In this document: positions 35,775 through 49,445 of the stretch, piece after piece
Position numbering within the stretch: position 1 is the stretch's first letter
Layout: every line of letters starts with the position of its first letter
Assembly (NCBI RefSeq): GCF_004010195.1
Contig: NC_057753.1
Location: forward strand, 2,519,285 to 2,583,284
Direction of reading: 5' to 3'
DNA: 64,000 bases
Source: Chiloscyllium plagiosum
Taxonomy: Eukaryota
Program-made: the position numbers and the translations under genes
The notes under the pieces: generated by a model
What the model was told of the DNA's origin: nothing
The model's database searches: none
The model's input: only the letters and a program-made list of their open reading frames with translations

Positions 35775-37812
35775 GTCAAGATCATATGTTCCTGTGGAGG
35801 GGGTAAGGCAAGTTTGACAAGAACAGTGAACCCTGGATGACAAGAGATATTGAAGCTTTGACCAGAAAAAAGGAGGTATGGCTCAGGCACAGGCAGCTGG
35901 AATCAATCAAAACTCTGGAGATACACAGGGGATACAGGAGTTTACTGAAAAAGAAAATCAGGAGGGCAGAAAGGGGGCACGAGGTGGTCTTGGTCGAGAA
36001 GATAAGGGGGAATCCAAAGAGATCCATTCAGTATTATAAAGGAAAAATAGTAGCTCGAGAGGCAAGGGGACACTTCGAAAACAAACGTGAACATGTCTGT
36101 GCAGAACTGTAGGCGACGGTCGAGGTCCTTAATGAACATTTCTCCTCTGTTCTTACTGTGGAAAAAGACATGAAGACTTGCGAATTTACGAACGTTAGTG
36201 GTCATATCTTGGAGACAGACCATATCAGTGTAGAAGAGATGTTGGATGTATTAGAATGTATGACGTTGGCTAAATCTCCTGACCCTGACTAGATATTATC
36301 CAAGAACGCTACAAGAGACTAAAGAAGAAATTGCGGAGGCCATGGCTAATATTTTGGCATCATCGTTAGCCACTGATGAGGACGGGAAGACTGGAAATTA
36401 GCGAAAGTTGTGGCCTTATTCAAGGAGGGATGCAAATAAAAATCTGGGAATGACATTGCAGTAAGGCTATATCTGTGGTCGGTATGTTACGTGAGAAGAT
36501 GCTGACATATAAGATATATGTGCATTTGGAAAAACACGGTTTGATTAGAGATAGTCAGCATGGCTTTGAGAGTGGGAGATTATACCTCACTAATTTGTTA
36601 GAATTCTTCGATGAAGTGACCAGGAAGATTAACGAGGGCAGGGTGGTAGATGTGGTCTAAACGAATTTCAGTAAAGCCTTTGAAAAGGTTCTAACGATAG
36701 AGTGCTATCGAAGATTAGATCACATAGAATCCAGGGCGAGGTGGCAAACTGGATAAATAATTGGCTTGATGGTCGGAAGCAGACGGTAATATTGGAAGGA
36801 TGTTTGTTGGACTGGAGACCTCTGAATGGGGGAATGTCTCAGGGGTTGGTAGTGGACTCATTACTGTTTGTTCTCTTTATCAATGATTTGGATGAGAATG
36901 TACAATTCATGATTACTCTGTTTAGAGATAACACTAAAGTAGGTGGTACGATGGACAGTGAGGAAAGTTTTCAGAAATTATAACAGGACGTCGATCAGTG
37001 GGGGAAGTGGACTGCGAAATGACAAATGCAGTTATAGGTAAGTACGAGATATTGCATTTTGGCAAGTCAAATCGAAATAGGAGGTTTGTGGTGATTTGTA
37101 GGGCCTTAGGTTGTGTAGTGGAACAGAGGGACCTTGGCGTTCAGGTAAACGGTGCAGTCGCAGATAGACAGGGCAATGAAGAAGGCTTTCACACACAGAC
37201 CTTCATCAGTCAGGGCATTGAGTATAGATGTTGGAAAGTTATGTTGCAGTTGTTCAGACTGTTGGCGAGGCCGCACTTGGAGTATTGTGTTCAGTTGTAG
37301 TCACCTTGCTATACGAAGAATGCTATTAAACTGGAACGAGTGTAGAATAATTTTACAAGGATGTTGCTAGGACTCCAGGTCAGAGTTATAGGGATATTTT
37401 GAAAAATTAGGACATTTTTCTTGAGAACGTAGGACACATATGGAGGATCATACAGAGGTGTGTAAGATCATGAGAAGCATGGATAGGGGTTTTTTTCTCA
37501 GAGTTAGGGAATGAAGGACTGGAGGGCATCAGTTTAAGGTTAGAGTGGAAAGAATAAAAGGTAACCTGAGGGTGACGTTCTTTATACAGAGGGTACTACG
37601 CATATGGAATTAGATGCCCGCTGAAGTGATTGAGGTGTGTATTTTAACAACATTTAAAAGGCATTTGGACAAATACACGGATAGGAAAGGATTAGAAGGT
37701 TATAGGCCAAACGCAGGGAAATGAGGTTCGCATTGATGCACATTTTGGTCCACATGGTCCAGTCTGTGCCAAAAGGCCTGTCTCCGTGGTGTCGGACTTT
37801 GTGACTCTATGT
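35775..37812 (+). mobile_element. CR1 LINE ORF2 (RT) remnant
   Basis: Fragments HLEKHGLIRDSQHGF..GR.YLTNLLEFFDEVT, WINNWLDGRKQ, LFINDLD and RPHLEYCVQ, plus a 3' tail. Confidence 0.9.
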
Positions 37813-38065
37813 AAGGATGTCATTGCATTAATTTTATTAATCATCAATCGACTTCCACAGTTTTGCTCTTCACTGTATAGAATAACTCAGGCTGGAAAAG
37901 GTAATTAGCATAAAACATTCTGTCATGAATATTTTCACTGGGAACACATGGATATCAGTGATTCTTCATTGTCACGACAGTTCAAATTAATTATTTGTTA
38001 TATCCTTGATTAAACCAGAGAAATGAGAATAAAAATGAGAGATTAACGAAGTGATTCAGTCAACA

Positions 38066-38316
38066 GGTGGCACAGTGGTTCGCACTACTGCCTCACAACG
38101 CCAGGGTCTGAATTTTGGTTCCAGCCTCGGGCAACTGTCTGTGTGGAGGTTGCATATTCTCCCAGTGTCTGCATGGGTTTGATCTGCTTTCCTTCCACAA
38201 TCCGGTGAGGTGCATTAGGCAGAGGAAACAGGTTTGGGTGGGTTACTCTTTGGAGGGTCGGTGTGGACTTGTTGGGCTGAAGGGCCTGTTTTCACACTGT
38301 AGGGGATCTAATCTAA
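38066..38316 (+). mobile_element. HE1-type SINE with internal deletions
   Basis: ggtggcacagtggttcgcactactgcctcaca...gaagggcctgttttcacactgtaggggatctaatcta, with flanking near-duplicated aacg(a/c)agtgatt. Confidence 0.8.
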
Positions 38317-40559
38317 CGCAGTGATTTCACTGTCTCGAGTCCATTCATTTTAACTGTAAAGTGTTATGGTTTCCAACAGATTGTGCGCCCACAGCTAGCT
38401 TTCAAATAAATTCATATATTCTGTCCTCATAAAATCATCATTGGGGAATACTTGATGTTAACATAGAAAATGTATAAAACAACCAGGCATTCAGAAATAT
38501 TCAGAGGTTATAAGCTTGCAGAAAGCAGTATCAAGAGGACAATAGAAGATGTTCTTCATTTAAAAAATATGAAAATTTATTATTTACTTTAATGTAAATG
38601 ACTGAATATTTCCATGTAATAATCAGACGTATATTGCTCACATTTGCTCAGTACCATGATCATCCAATTAGACATCAGTAAGGTCGTGAAATACTTGGCA
38701 GAAACATATTTCCGGGTTTTTTTTTTGATTTTTATTATCCTTCACTACAAACTACAATGAAATTAATTTACAACAAAATCACCTGATAATAAATTCTACT
38801 GAACATTAAAGCGTTTTTACAATGGGATTCTATGCTAATTATCAAAGTCCATTCAAAATCTCCGAAATTCAGGAGCAGTTCGAAGAATATCTAAAATTAA
38901 ATGAGACAATAAGACTTTTCTTATTGAAATAATCTCAGACTGGTGAATAAAACCTGGATGAATCTGTAAGTTACTTAGAATTATTAAGTCAGTAACTTGT
39001 GTTCAACGTGAAAATATTCTTATTCTCATGAATTCTTACCCTCTGGCTCAGCTCTTTTTATTAAAATGAAGTTAGAATGTACTATTGCTATCAGTATTGT
39101 CATGACTTTGAGTTCATGAATCTGCTTGAACAGCAGTAAACTTTAATTTATATCTGTTGCATCTCAGGGAATTCAGTTTCATCTCTCGGTGTACAAACCC
39201 TTTTCCTTGGCGGATATGTAATCTTTGACCATGTGCCTCAAAATGAGATCCCTGATCAAATTGTAACAATCTGGGAGAACAATTCATCAACACGGGATAA
39301 CTTGGAGGGATTGTGTTTGATTGTTAGCAATAATAAATCTGCCTTGGATTGTTTAATTAAGTGCAATAGAGGGAACCATGTTGTGCATTTAATCCGTGAC
39401 CTGACTGTGCTGGACGTATTTAATGGCACAATATGGAAACAGAAGTTATTCTTGTTATGTGAAAACGTATCATGAGCTGTTAATACGACTGAAACGTTGC
39501 AAATTATAATTCAAACATGGTAATGCATTTTAACCAAAGCAAGCCATTTGGTGGATAAATCCCACAGATCTACTAGGGATGGAATTCCAAAACCTAATCC
39601 GGTAATCCTGACATTACAGCAATGTAGCTCCCAGTTAGGATGGTTTATGTCCTGGAGTGAAACATTATAGTGATTTTGCTCCAGTGCAAATTCTATCTTT
39701 CTACTTCGAGGTAGTAGAAGGTTTATACTTTGCAGGCATGAAAGAAGTTTTCAGTAATTGTTGAAATGTGACCTGCATAGCTTTTACACTATCGATTGTT
39801 GTTACACGGGCTTGATGTATAACAAACTTGATTGTATTCCGAACAAATGGGCTGAAATGTGCTGGAAACTGTCGAGCTCATTTTCTTCAGGACTTTTTCG
39901 GGCGCAGAGATAGCCTAAACAGTCACACAATGACAGGAATTTAGGAGCGTGAACAAAGGACTCGGGCATTCAGCGTGAGTCATCAGGTCTTTACAAGGCC
40001 CTTATCTTGGACAAGCAGCCAGGAAGTAGGGAGGGACACAAAAACCGAAAAGTCCGTAAATATAGCACAGTGTTAATTAGGGCTTGTTCTTGACAAAGCA
40101 CTTCTCTCAGAGCAGCGGCAGCTGGAGGATGGGCAGGAACGCAGTATCTGGTAAGTCTGTAACTCGAGTCCAATGCAGATTCAGGCCTAGTCATACAAAC
40201 TATTTAGCTTGGATCAGCAGCCAGGAGGCAGGGAGGGACACAGTAACTCGCAAGCCTATAAATCGAGGAGCAAATTATTGTAGTTGCTGTAATCTGCCCT
40301 GAAAATGAAAAAAAAAGTGTTGGAAATCACAGCATTCGTGGAGAGAGAGCAAGCTCAAGTTTCGAGTCGAGATGGTTGTTGTCACAAAGCTAATCCTTTT
40401 CTTCTTCTATATCTGTTCCTTTTCTCAAGGATATTGCGTCCATTCTTTTGAGAGGGGTCGTGAACCACTCAGGGTCCAAATCGACGCAGCTTGGGCGTCG
40501 GGGCCTCCATTTGTCGAAAGGTGAGAGCGAGAACCAGAGGGCTGCTGGGAAGTTGAGTG

Positions 40560-43500
40560 AAACCGTTTTATTTGGGTGGCCACCATAACTGGCTCTGCTG
40601 TTCACAAGGGTGGGAAAAAGAGTGGAAGGCCGATAGTCACAGGGGATTTAATTGTCAGGGGAGTAGACGGGCGGTTCTGTGGTTGAAAACTAGACTCGCT
40701 GATGGTATGTTGCCTCGCAGATATGCTTTTCAGGGATGTCTCGGAGTCGCTTCAGCACATTCTCAAGAGGGAGTGTGAACAGCCAATTGTCGTGGTATGA
40801 GGTCCCAAAAGCAGAATTTATGGAATTAGGAGCCAAGTTAAAAAATAGGACCTCAGAGTTAGTAATCTCAGGATTACTACCAGTGTAACGCCCTAGTCAG
40901 AGTAGGAATGATAGAATAAACAAGATGAATGCGTGGCTTGAGATACGGTTCAGGAGGGAGGGGTTCAGATTTTTGGAACATTGGTTCTGGGGGAGGTGGG
41001 ACTATTACAAATTGTCGGTCTCCACCTGAACCGAACTGGTACCAATGTCTTTGGGGCTGCTTATGCTCATGCTGTTAGGTAGGGGCGGTTAAAGTTGTGT
41101 AGCAGAACGTTGGGAACCAAATGAGGTCAGAGGAGAGTAATGAAGCAGTCACTAAAGCCGATATGGAACTAAATAATGAAGTCAGCGCGACTAAGGGGAA
41201 GCAGAGGCAGGGAGCAGATGAATAATGCAAACAGATTGGTGGTCTGAGATGCTTTTGCTTTAATAAAAGAAGTATGGTAAGTATGGCAGATGAACTTTGA
41301 GCTTGGAATAGTACCTGGGAGCATGATGTTGAGGGAATGTCATTATTGGCAGAAAAACATCCCAGGATATCGATACTTCAGGCGGGATAGAGTGGAAGGT
41401 AAGAGGCGTGGAGGAGTTGCATTGCCGGTCAAAGAAAACATGAGTGCTATGCTGAAGGAGGGCACTATGGAAGACTCAAGCAGTGAGGCAATGTGCGCTG
41501 AACTCAGAAAAGGAAGGATGCAGTAACAATGTTGGATCTGTACGACAAGGCTCCCAAAAGTGAACGTGATTAGAATATGTAAATACATAAAAAGATCATG
41601 GAAATGAAGGAGCAACAGGATGGTGGTGATAGGAGATTTTAATTTTCCCAACTTTGGGGTTCACTATGTGTTAGAAGACTAAATAGAGTAGAATTTGTAT
41701 GGAGCATTCAGGAGGGTTTTCGAGAGCAGTATGTAAATAGACTAAATCGGAAATGAGCCCGGCCAGATGGTTGATGCTTCAGTAGGGGATTACATTTGGC
41801 ATAGTGGTCTGAATTCCATAAGCATTAGAATACTCTTGGACAAAGACAAGAGTGTTCCTCAACGAAGAGTGCTAAATTGGAGGCAGGCCAACTATACCAA
41901 AATTCGGCTGGAGCTCAGTTTGTAGATTGGGAGCAGCTGTTTGAAGATAAATGCACATTCGATATGAGGGAGGCTTTTAAAGAGAGGTTGCTTAGAATTC
42001 AGGAGAGGTATATTCCTGTGAAAAATGAGGGATCAAAGTGGCATGGTTAAAGAACTATGGATGACAAGTGAAATTGTGAGATTAGCTAAGAGGAAAACAG
42101 GTGCATACATAAGTTCTAGGCTAAGGAAGACAGACAAGGCTTTGGAAAAATATTGGCAATGTAGGACCAATCTGAAACGAGGAATTAAGAGGGCTAAAAG
42201 GGGTCATGAGGTATCTTTAGCAAACAGGTTTAAGGAAAATCCCAAAGCCTTCTTTTTCTCAAATATAAGGAGCAAGAGGGTAACTAGAGAAGGAGTTGGC
42301 CCATTCAAGTACAAAGGACGAAGTTATGCTTCTTGTCAGAGAAAATGGGTGAGATTCTTAACGAGTACTTTGCATCAGTATTCACTGAGAACAGGGACAT
42401 GAGGGATGTTGAAGTTAGGGATAGATCTTTGAGTACTCTAAGTCAAGTCGGCATAAGGAAGAAGGAAGTTTTATGTATTCAAAAGGCATTAAGGTAGACA
42501 AGTCCCCAGGTCATGATGGAATCTAACCCAGGTTACCGAGGGAAGCGAAAGAGGAAATAGTTGGGGTTTTAACAGGTATCTTTGCAGCTTCCTTGAACAT
42601 GGCTGAGGTCCAGGAGGACTGGAGAATTACTAAGATTTCCCCTTGTTTAAGAAATGAAGGAGGGATTATCCAGGTAATTATTCACCAGTGAGCCTGACGT
42701 CAGTGGTCAGGAAGCTGCTGGAGAAGATACTGAGGGATAAGAGTTATTCCCATTTGGAAGAAAATGGTTTTTTTCTGTAATCGGCAGAATGGTTTTGTGC
42801 AGGGAAGGGCATGTCTTACAAAATTAATAGAATTCTTTCAGGAGGTGACAAATTTGATTGATGGAGGCAAGGGCTGTAGATGTCATATACATGGACTTCA
42901 GTAAGTCGTTTGAAAAGGATCCTCGTGGTAGGTTGATGAATAAGGTGAAGTCGCATGGGGTCCAGGGTGTTCTAGTTAGTTGGATAGAGAACTGACTGGG
43001 CAACAGGAGACAGAGAAGGGAGTTTCTTAAAATGGAGAATTGCGACCAGTGCTATTCCACATGGACCCGTGCTGGGGCCACTACATGTATATAAATGATT
43101 TGGAGGAAGGTACCGATTGTCTGATTAACAAGTTAGCAGATTGCACCAAGATTGGTGGAGGAGCAGATAGTGAAGGGGACTGTCAGAAAATACAGCAGAC
43201 TTTAGATAAATTTGAGAAAAGGGCAGAGAAATGGCAGATAGAGTTCAAACCGGGCAAATGCGAGATGAAGATCCAATTCAAGAACGAACTATACGTAAAT
43301 GGAAATGGCCTGAAGAAAATTGACGTATACGGAGATCAGGGTGTTCCAAATCCGTTGTTTCTTGAAGGTGGCAACGCAGGTTAGTAAAGTGGTCAAGAAG
43401 GCATATGGCATGCTTTCCTTCGTGGGACGGGGTAATGAGTACAGATTTTGGCAGGACTTGTTACAGTTGCATAGGATTTTGTTTCTGCCACATTTGGAAT

Positions 43501-44160
43501 ACTACGTACAGTTCTGGTCGCCACATTACTAAAACATTGTGGATGTGTTGGAAAGGGGACAGAGGAGGTTCGCCAAGATGTTGCCTGTTATGGAGGGCAC
43601 TAGCTATGAAGAGATATTGAATAGATTAGTATTATTTTCGTCAGAATGATGGAGGTTGAGGGGAGACCTGATTGAGGTCTACAAAATCAAGAGACGTATA
43701 GACAGGGTCGATAGCAAGAAGTTTTTCCCAGAGTGAGGAACTCAATTACGAGGAGACACGAGTTCAAAGTGAGAGGGGAAAGATTTAGGGGAGATAGGCG
43801 TGGAAAGTTCGTTACGCAGAGGGTGGTGTGAGCCTAGAACGCGTTTCCACTGGAGGTGGTACAGGCGGGAACGATAGCATCATTTAAAATGTATCCAGAC
43901 AGATACATGAATGGGCAGATAGCAAAGGGATATACAGAAAATACAGCAGACTTTAGATAAATTTGAGAAATGGGCAGAGAAATGGCAGATAGAGTTCAAA
44001 CCGGGCAAATGCGAGATGAAGATCCAATTCAAGAACGAACTATACGTAAATGGAAATGGCCTGAAGAAAATAGACGGCAGGTTTAGATAGATGATCTGGA
44101 TCGGCGCAGGCTTGGAGGGCCGAAGGCCTGTTCATGTGCTGTAATTTTCTTTGTTCTTTG
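40560..44160 (+). mobile_element. Near full-length decayed CR1 LINE (ORF1 esterase, AP endonuclease, RT)
   Basis: ORF1 SGNH-like remnant (about 40620-41080), APE IPGYRYFRRDR..KRRGGVAL and VVIGDFNFP, RT motifs, and 3' end ggagggccgaaggcctg. Confidence 0.9.
43935..44071 (+). repeat. 137-bp local duplication of 43184-43320
   Basis: Identical except for one base (gagaaaaggg vs gagaaatggg). Confidence 0.92.
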
Positions 44161-44169
44161 TTCATTGGT

Positions 44170-44680
44170 ACAGCTATGAAAGGCCTTTTTGTTGATACGA
44201 AAACAGGTGGGAATTTGGGCCAAAGCTTATGTGTTTGAAGTGACCTGTATAATGAAAGGGGAGTGGTTAGTCCTCGAAATTGAAGCTTTGGTTGAGTCAG
44301 TTCAGCAGTGGAGCTGTGTGGAAACAGGCTGCTAAACTCGCTCTCCTTCTGCCCTTCTAACTTCGACCTGTCAGAATTTGTTTCATTTTTACTGTGTTTA
44401 AGGGGTTTGTTCACTGGGACTGTCGTGCATATTCAGAACAGCGTAATTAATTCTATTTTCGATTGACTGTGTTACGTAGGCGTTGTTTAATGTTGTTCTT
44501 TGTGTTTCATTCTATATTTTTGTGAATACATTATTGTCCATTTAAAACCTGGTAGTCAATCTAGCTAAATTATTCCGTGTAATTTTCACAGTACAATTAG
44601 CCGAAACAATTTGCAAAGTTACGGTCTGGACTGCCTGCATAAGAATATTTTGAGTGGTCTGGCCTCGTCTATGAGGCTGT
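44170..44680. mobile_element. Possible solo-LTR remnant
   Basis: Non-coding block between CR1 copies with LTR-like composition; no clear termini or TSD. Confidence 0.3.
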
Positions 44681-44934
44681 TCATCGGATTTCTTTCACGA
44701 ACACCTTGCCGGACACAATCAATGAAACGGGAAGCACTGAAGATCTGCGTGGTGAAAAAGACAAGTGGACTATAACTTGATGATTTTTAACTTTGTAAAT
44801 CCCAATCCAACACCAGCACCTCCAAATCATGAAAATGAGACAGTGTAGGTTGGATGAGCTTCAGATTGGCTTCACAGCTTGGCGCAACATCGAGCACCGA
44901 AGGACCTGTATTTCGCTGTAATGTTCTATGTTTT

Positions 44935-45945
44935 ATCCCTCTTAACGCTTCATATTCATATATGCATCCAGATGCCTTCTAAATATTGCAATTGTACTGG
45001 CCTCCACCACTTCCTCTGACAGTTCAATCCATACACGTACCATCCTCCGAGTGAAAATGATGCCCCTTAGATCTCTTTTATATCTTTCCCCTCTCACCCT
45101 AAACTTATGCTCTCTAGTAATTGACCCGCCCATCTCAGGGAAAAGAGCTTGCATATTTACGCTATCCATGCCCCTCATGATTTTACAAACCGCTATCTGG
45201 TCACCCCTCAGCCTCTGATGCTCTACAGAAAGCAGTCCCAGCCCATTCAGCCTCTCCATATCGCTCAAATCCTCCAAACCTGGCAACGTCATTGTCAATC
45301 TTTTCTGAACCCTCTCAAGTTTTACAATATCCTTCCGACAAGAGGGAGACCAGAATTGCACACAATATTCCAAAAGTGGCCAAAACAATGTCCTGTACAG
45401 CCGCAACATGACCTCTCAACTCCTATACTCAATGTTCTGTCCAATAAAGGAAAGCATACCAAAGGCCACTTTCAAGGAGATATGAACCTGCATCCCAAGG
45501 TCTCTTTGTTCAGCAACATTCTCCAGGACCTTTCCATCAAGTGTACAAATTCTGCTCTGATTTGCTTTTCCAAAATGCAGCAACTCACATTTATCTAAAT
45601 TAAATTCCATCTGCCACTTTTCTGCCCATTGGCCTATTTTATCAAGATTCCATTGTACTCTGAAGTAACCTTCTCCATTCTCCACTACACTTCCAAGTTT
45701 GGAGTCATCTGCAAAGTTACTAACAGTACTTCCTACGTGCACATCCATATAATTTATGTAAATGACAAAAGGTAGTGGATCAGCACCAATCCTCGTCACA
45801 CACTGGTCACAGGCCTCCAGTCTGAAAAGCAACCCTCCACCAGCCCCCCTCTGTTTTCTACCTTCGCTGAAGTTCTGTAACCAAATGGCTAGTTCTACCT
45901 GTATCCCATGTGATTTATTCTTGCTAACCATTCTACACTGCAGGG
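44935..45945 (-). mobile_element. CR1 LINE RT and 3' fragment
   Basis: ORF-track peptides SNFADDSKLG, LEYCVQFWSP..KLERVQKR and RLRGD. Confidence 0.9.
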
Positions 45946-48664
45946 ATTCTATGATTCTATGACAGTTGCTGATGACACCAAAGTTGCACGTGTAGTGGAC
46001 AGCAAAGCAGGTTGCCTCACAAGGGGCCTTAATCAAATGGGCCGAGAAGCGGCAGATGGAGTTTAACGAAGATAAGTGCAAGCTGCTGCACTTTGGTAAG
46101 GCGATTCAGAGCAGGACTTATACACTTCATGATAAGGTCCTGGGGAGTGTTGCTGAACAAAGAGATATTGGAGTGCAGATTCATAGTTCTTGGTATACTT
46201 TGGAACTAATGACATAAGATGAGAAAAGTACCACGTTCTGAGGAGAGAATTTGGAAATTAGGCAGGCGATTTAAAAAGTAAGTCCACGAGGATATTAATA
46301 TCTGAATTATTCCCGGTGCCACAAGCCAGTGAGAGTAGGAATTGGTGGACAGAGTAGATGAATGTGTGGCTGAGGATCTGGTGCAGGGCAGAAGGATTCA
46401 CATTTTTGGATCATTCGAATCCCTTTTGGGGTAGACGTGACCTGCAAAAGAACGACGTTTTGCACCTGCATTGGAAGGAGGCTAGTATACTGGCAGGAAG
46501 ATTTGCTAGATTTAAACCAGTAAAGGTTGGGGGTGGGGGCGTGTGGGGATATCGTATGGATTACAAAATGTGACTCAGGGATGATCAGGATTGTCAGCTT
46601 AATATTGCAGGGTCCAATACTATAGGAAGAATAACCTTATAGCTAAACTTAGGAAGGATATTCCTGGGAGTGCAACAGGAAAGTTATGTGGGTGGAAATG
46701 AGAAATAAGAAAGAGGTGAACACATTATGGAGGTTTTACTATCTATCCCTTAATAATCATCACGAAATTGAGAAGCAAATTTGTAAAGAGTTCTCAGCTA
46801 TCTGTAAGGCTAATCGGGTGGTTATAGAAGGAGATTTTAACTTTCCCAACATAGACTGGGACTGCCATAGTGTTAAGGGTTAGATGGAGAGGAATTTGTT
46901 CAGTGTGCACGAGAAAGTTTTCTGATTCAGTTTGTGGATGTACCTACTACAGAAGGTGCAAAACTTAACCTACTCTTGGGAAATAAGGCATGACAGATGA
47001 GTGAGGTGTCAGTGGGGCAGCACTTTGAGGCCAGTGATCACAATTCCATTAGTTTCAAAACAGTGACAGAGAAGGATAGAGTGGATCCCAATGTTAAAGT
47101 TCTCAACTGGAGGAGATCAAATTCGATGGTATTAGGAAAGAACTTTCAAATGTTGTTTGGGGGCAGAAGTTTGTATTTATAGCTGGAAAGTGGAAAGCCT
47201 TCAAATCTAAGATTACGTGAGTTCAAAGACAAAATGTTCCTCTTAGGGTGAAGGACAAGCCTGGTACACCTAGAGATTGCTGGGTGACTAGAGCAGTTAA
47301 GGTTTTGGTCAAGAAAAAGGAGGTAGCATGTATCAGGTATAGACAGCAGAAATCGAGTCAGCCTTAGACGATGATAAAGACAGTAGAAGTATACTTAAGA
47401 GGGAAATGTGGTGGGCCAGAAGGAGACATGAAATAGCTTTTGCAAATAGGGTTTAGGAGAATCCGAAGGGATGCTACAAATACATTATGGACAAAACGAT
47501 AACTGGAGAGAAAATAGGCCCCGTTGAAGATCACCAAGGTCGCCTATGGGTGGAACCATAGGAGATAGGGAAATACTAAATCAATGTTTTACATCAACAA
47601 GGTTCCACATGACAGATTGGTGAGCAAGCTTAAATCACATAGAACGAGGCAGATCTGGCCATTTGGATACAGAACTGACTCGAAGGTAGGAGACAGGGAG
47701 TGGTGTTGGAGGAGGATTCTTTTCAGACTGGAGACCTGCGATCAGTGGTGTGCCACAACCATTATTGCTGGGTCCACTGCTTTTTGTCTTTGATATAAAT
47801 GATTTGGAAGTGAACATTGGAGGGATGGTTAGTAATTTTCCAGACGACATCAAAAGTGATGGTGCAGTGGACAGCAAAGAAGGTTACCTCGCAGTACAAT
47901 GGGATCCTGATCAGATAGGGCAGAGGAGTGGCACATGGAGTTTAATTTAGATAAACGTCAGGTGGTACGTTTTCGACACACAAATCAGGCAGGACATATA
48001 CACTTAGAGATAAGATCCTGGGGAGTGTCGCTGAAGAAAGAGACCTTGGAGTGCAGGTCCATAGTTCCTAGAAGGTAGAGTCGCAGACAAATAAGATAAT
48101 GAAGAAGACATTTGGTATGCCTGTCTTTATTTGTCAGAGCCTTGAGTATCGAACTTGGGAGGTCATGTTGCGGATAGACAGGACATTGGTTCAGCCACTT
48201 TCAGAAATCCGCATTCAGTTCTGGTCTGCCTGCTGTATGAAGGATATTGTGAAACTTGAGAGGGTTCAGAAAAGATTGACAAGGTGTTGCCAGTGTTGGA
48301 GGATTTGAACAAAAGGGAGAGACTGAATACGCTGGGACATATTTCCCTGGAGCTTCAGAGGCTGAGGGGTGACATGATAGAAAGTGCTAAAGTTATGAGG
48401 GGCATGAATAAGGTGAATAGCCATGTTCTTTTGCCAGGGTAGTGGAGTCCAAAACTAGAGGATATCGGTTGAAGGAAAGAGAGGGAGGAAACTTAAAAAG
48501 AACATAAAGTGAAAAGTTTTCATGCAGAGGGTGTTGCATATATTGAATAACTTCCCAGAGAAAGTGGTGGGGGATGGTGCAATTACAGTATTTAAAAGCA
48601 AATGAGTGGGTATATGAATAGGAAGGGTTTCGAGAGGTGTGGGCCAAATGGGAATATATTATGG

Positions 48665-48834
48665 ACGAAAGTTTGCTCGCTGAGCTGGAAGGTTGGTTGT
48701 CAGATGCTTCGTTACCATACTAGGTAAAATTATCAGTGGATCTCCGGTGAAGACTGACAACGAACCTTCCAGCTCAGCGAGCAAACTTACATTCAGAAGC
48801 TCAACCTGAGCTACACAACTTCTCCAAACTCGCT
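48665..48834. mobile_element. Palindromic PLE-derived element, family B
   Basis: 35-bp inverted arms with one mismatch (48669-48703 / 48754-48788). The minus strand has a decayed hammerhead-like CTGATAA..TTACC-TAGTAT-GGTAAC-GAAGCATC. It interrupts a CR1 3' end. Confidence 0.6.
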
Positions 48835-49103
48835 AGGATAGATTAATTTAGGATACCTGGTTGACATGGAGGGGTTACTCCGAAGGATTTCTTTCCATGC
48901 TGTGCAGCTCTATGACTCTTTCAGGTATATGTAAGAATAATAAGCGTGCAATAGTAGGTGATTTTGTTTTTCCAAGCATTTGCTCGGACTACCACAGCGT
49001 TAAAGGTTTAGATGGTGAAGAACTTGTTAAATGTGTTCAAAAACTTCTTTGTTTCAATATGTAAATGTTCCTACTAGAGAAGGAGCAAAAATTGGCCTTC
49101 TCA

Positions 49104-49445
49104 TTAGAATCTGTACAGTGAGTAAGCAGTCCATTTGGCCCATTGAGCCCACACCAATTCTGCAAACAGCATCTTCCCCAGGCCCACCCCCAACACCCTA
49201 GCCTATCCTATCCTTGTAAAGCTGCATTTGTCATGCTAAACCACATTGCTGGACACTACAGACAATTTAGCATGGCGAATCCACCTCATCTGCTCATCTT
49301 TGGGCTTGGGAGGAAATCGGAGCAGCCGAAGAAACCCACGCAGAAACAGGGAAAATGTGCATACCACACACATACAATCGCCCAGGGTGGCATTGAATCC
49401 CTGGCACTAGGAGGCAGCGGTGCGAACTACTGAGCCACACTGCCG
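49104..49445 (-). mobile_element. HE1-type SINE nested in CR1
   Basis: Collinear with the 57567 copy (caatttagcatggcgaatccacct...aggcagcggtgcgaactactgagccac). Confidence 0.8.

Noticed and set aside
39215-39475. TMCL../PDQIVTIWEN faintly resembling an Ig C1 domain; similar faint SVVFG at about 35385
   Set aside because: Needs frameshifts and lacks the second Cys motif and splice sites; not supportable as C-mu.
40038-40046. Perfect nonamer ACAAAAACC
   Set aside because: No heptamer 12 or 23 nt upstream.
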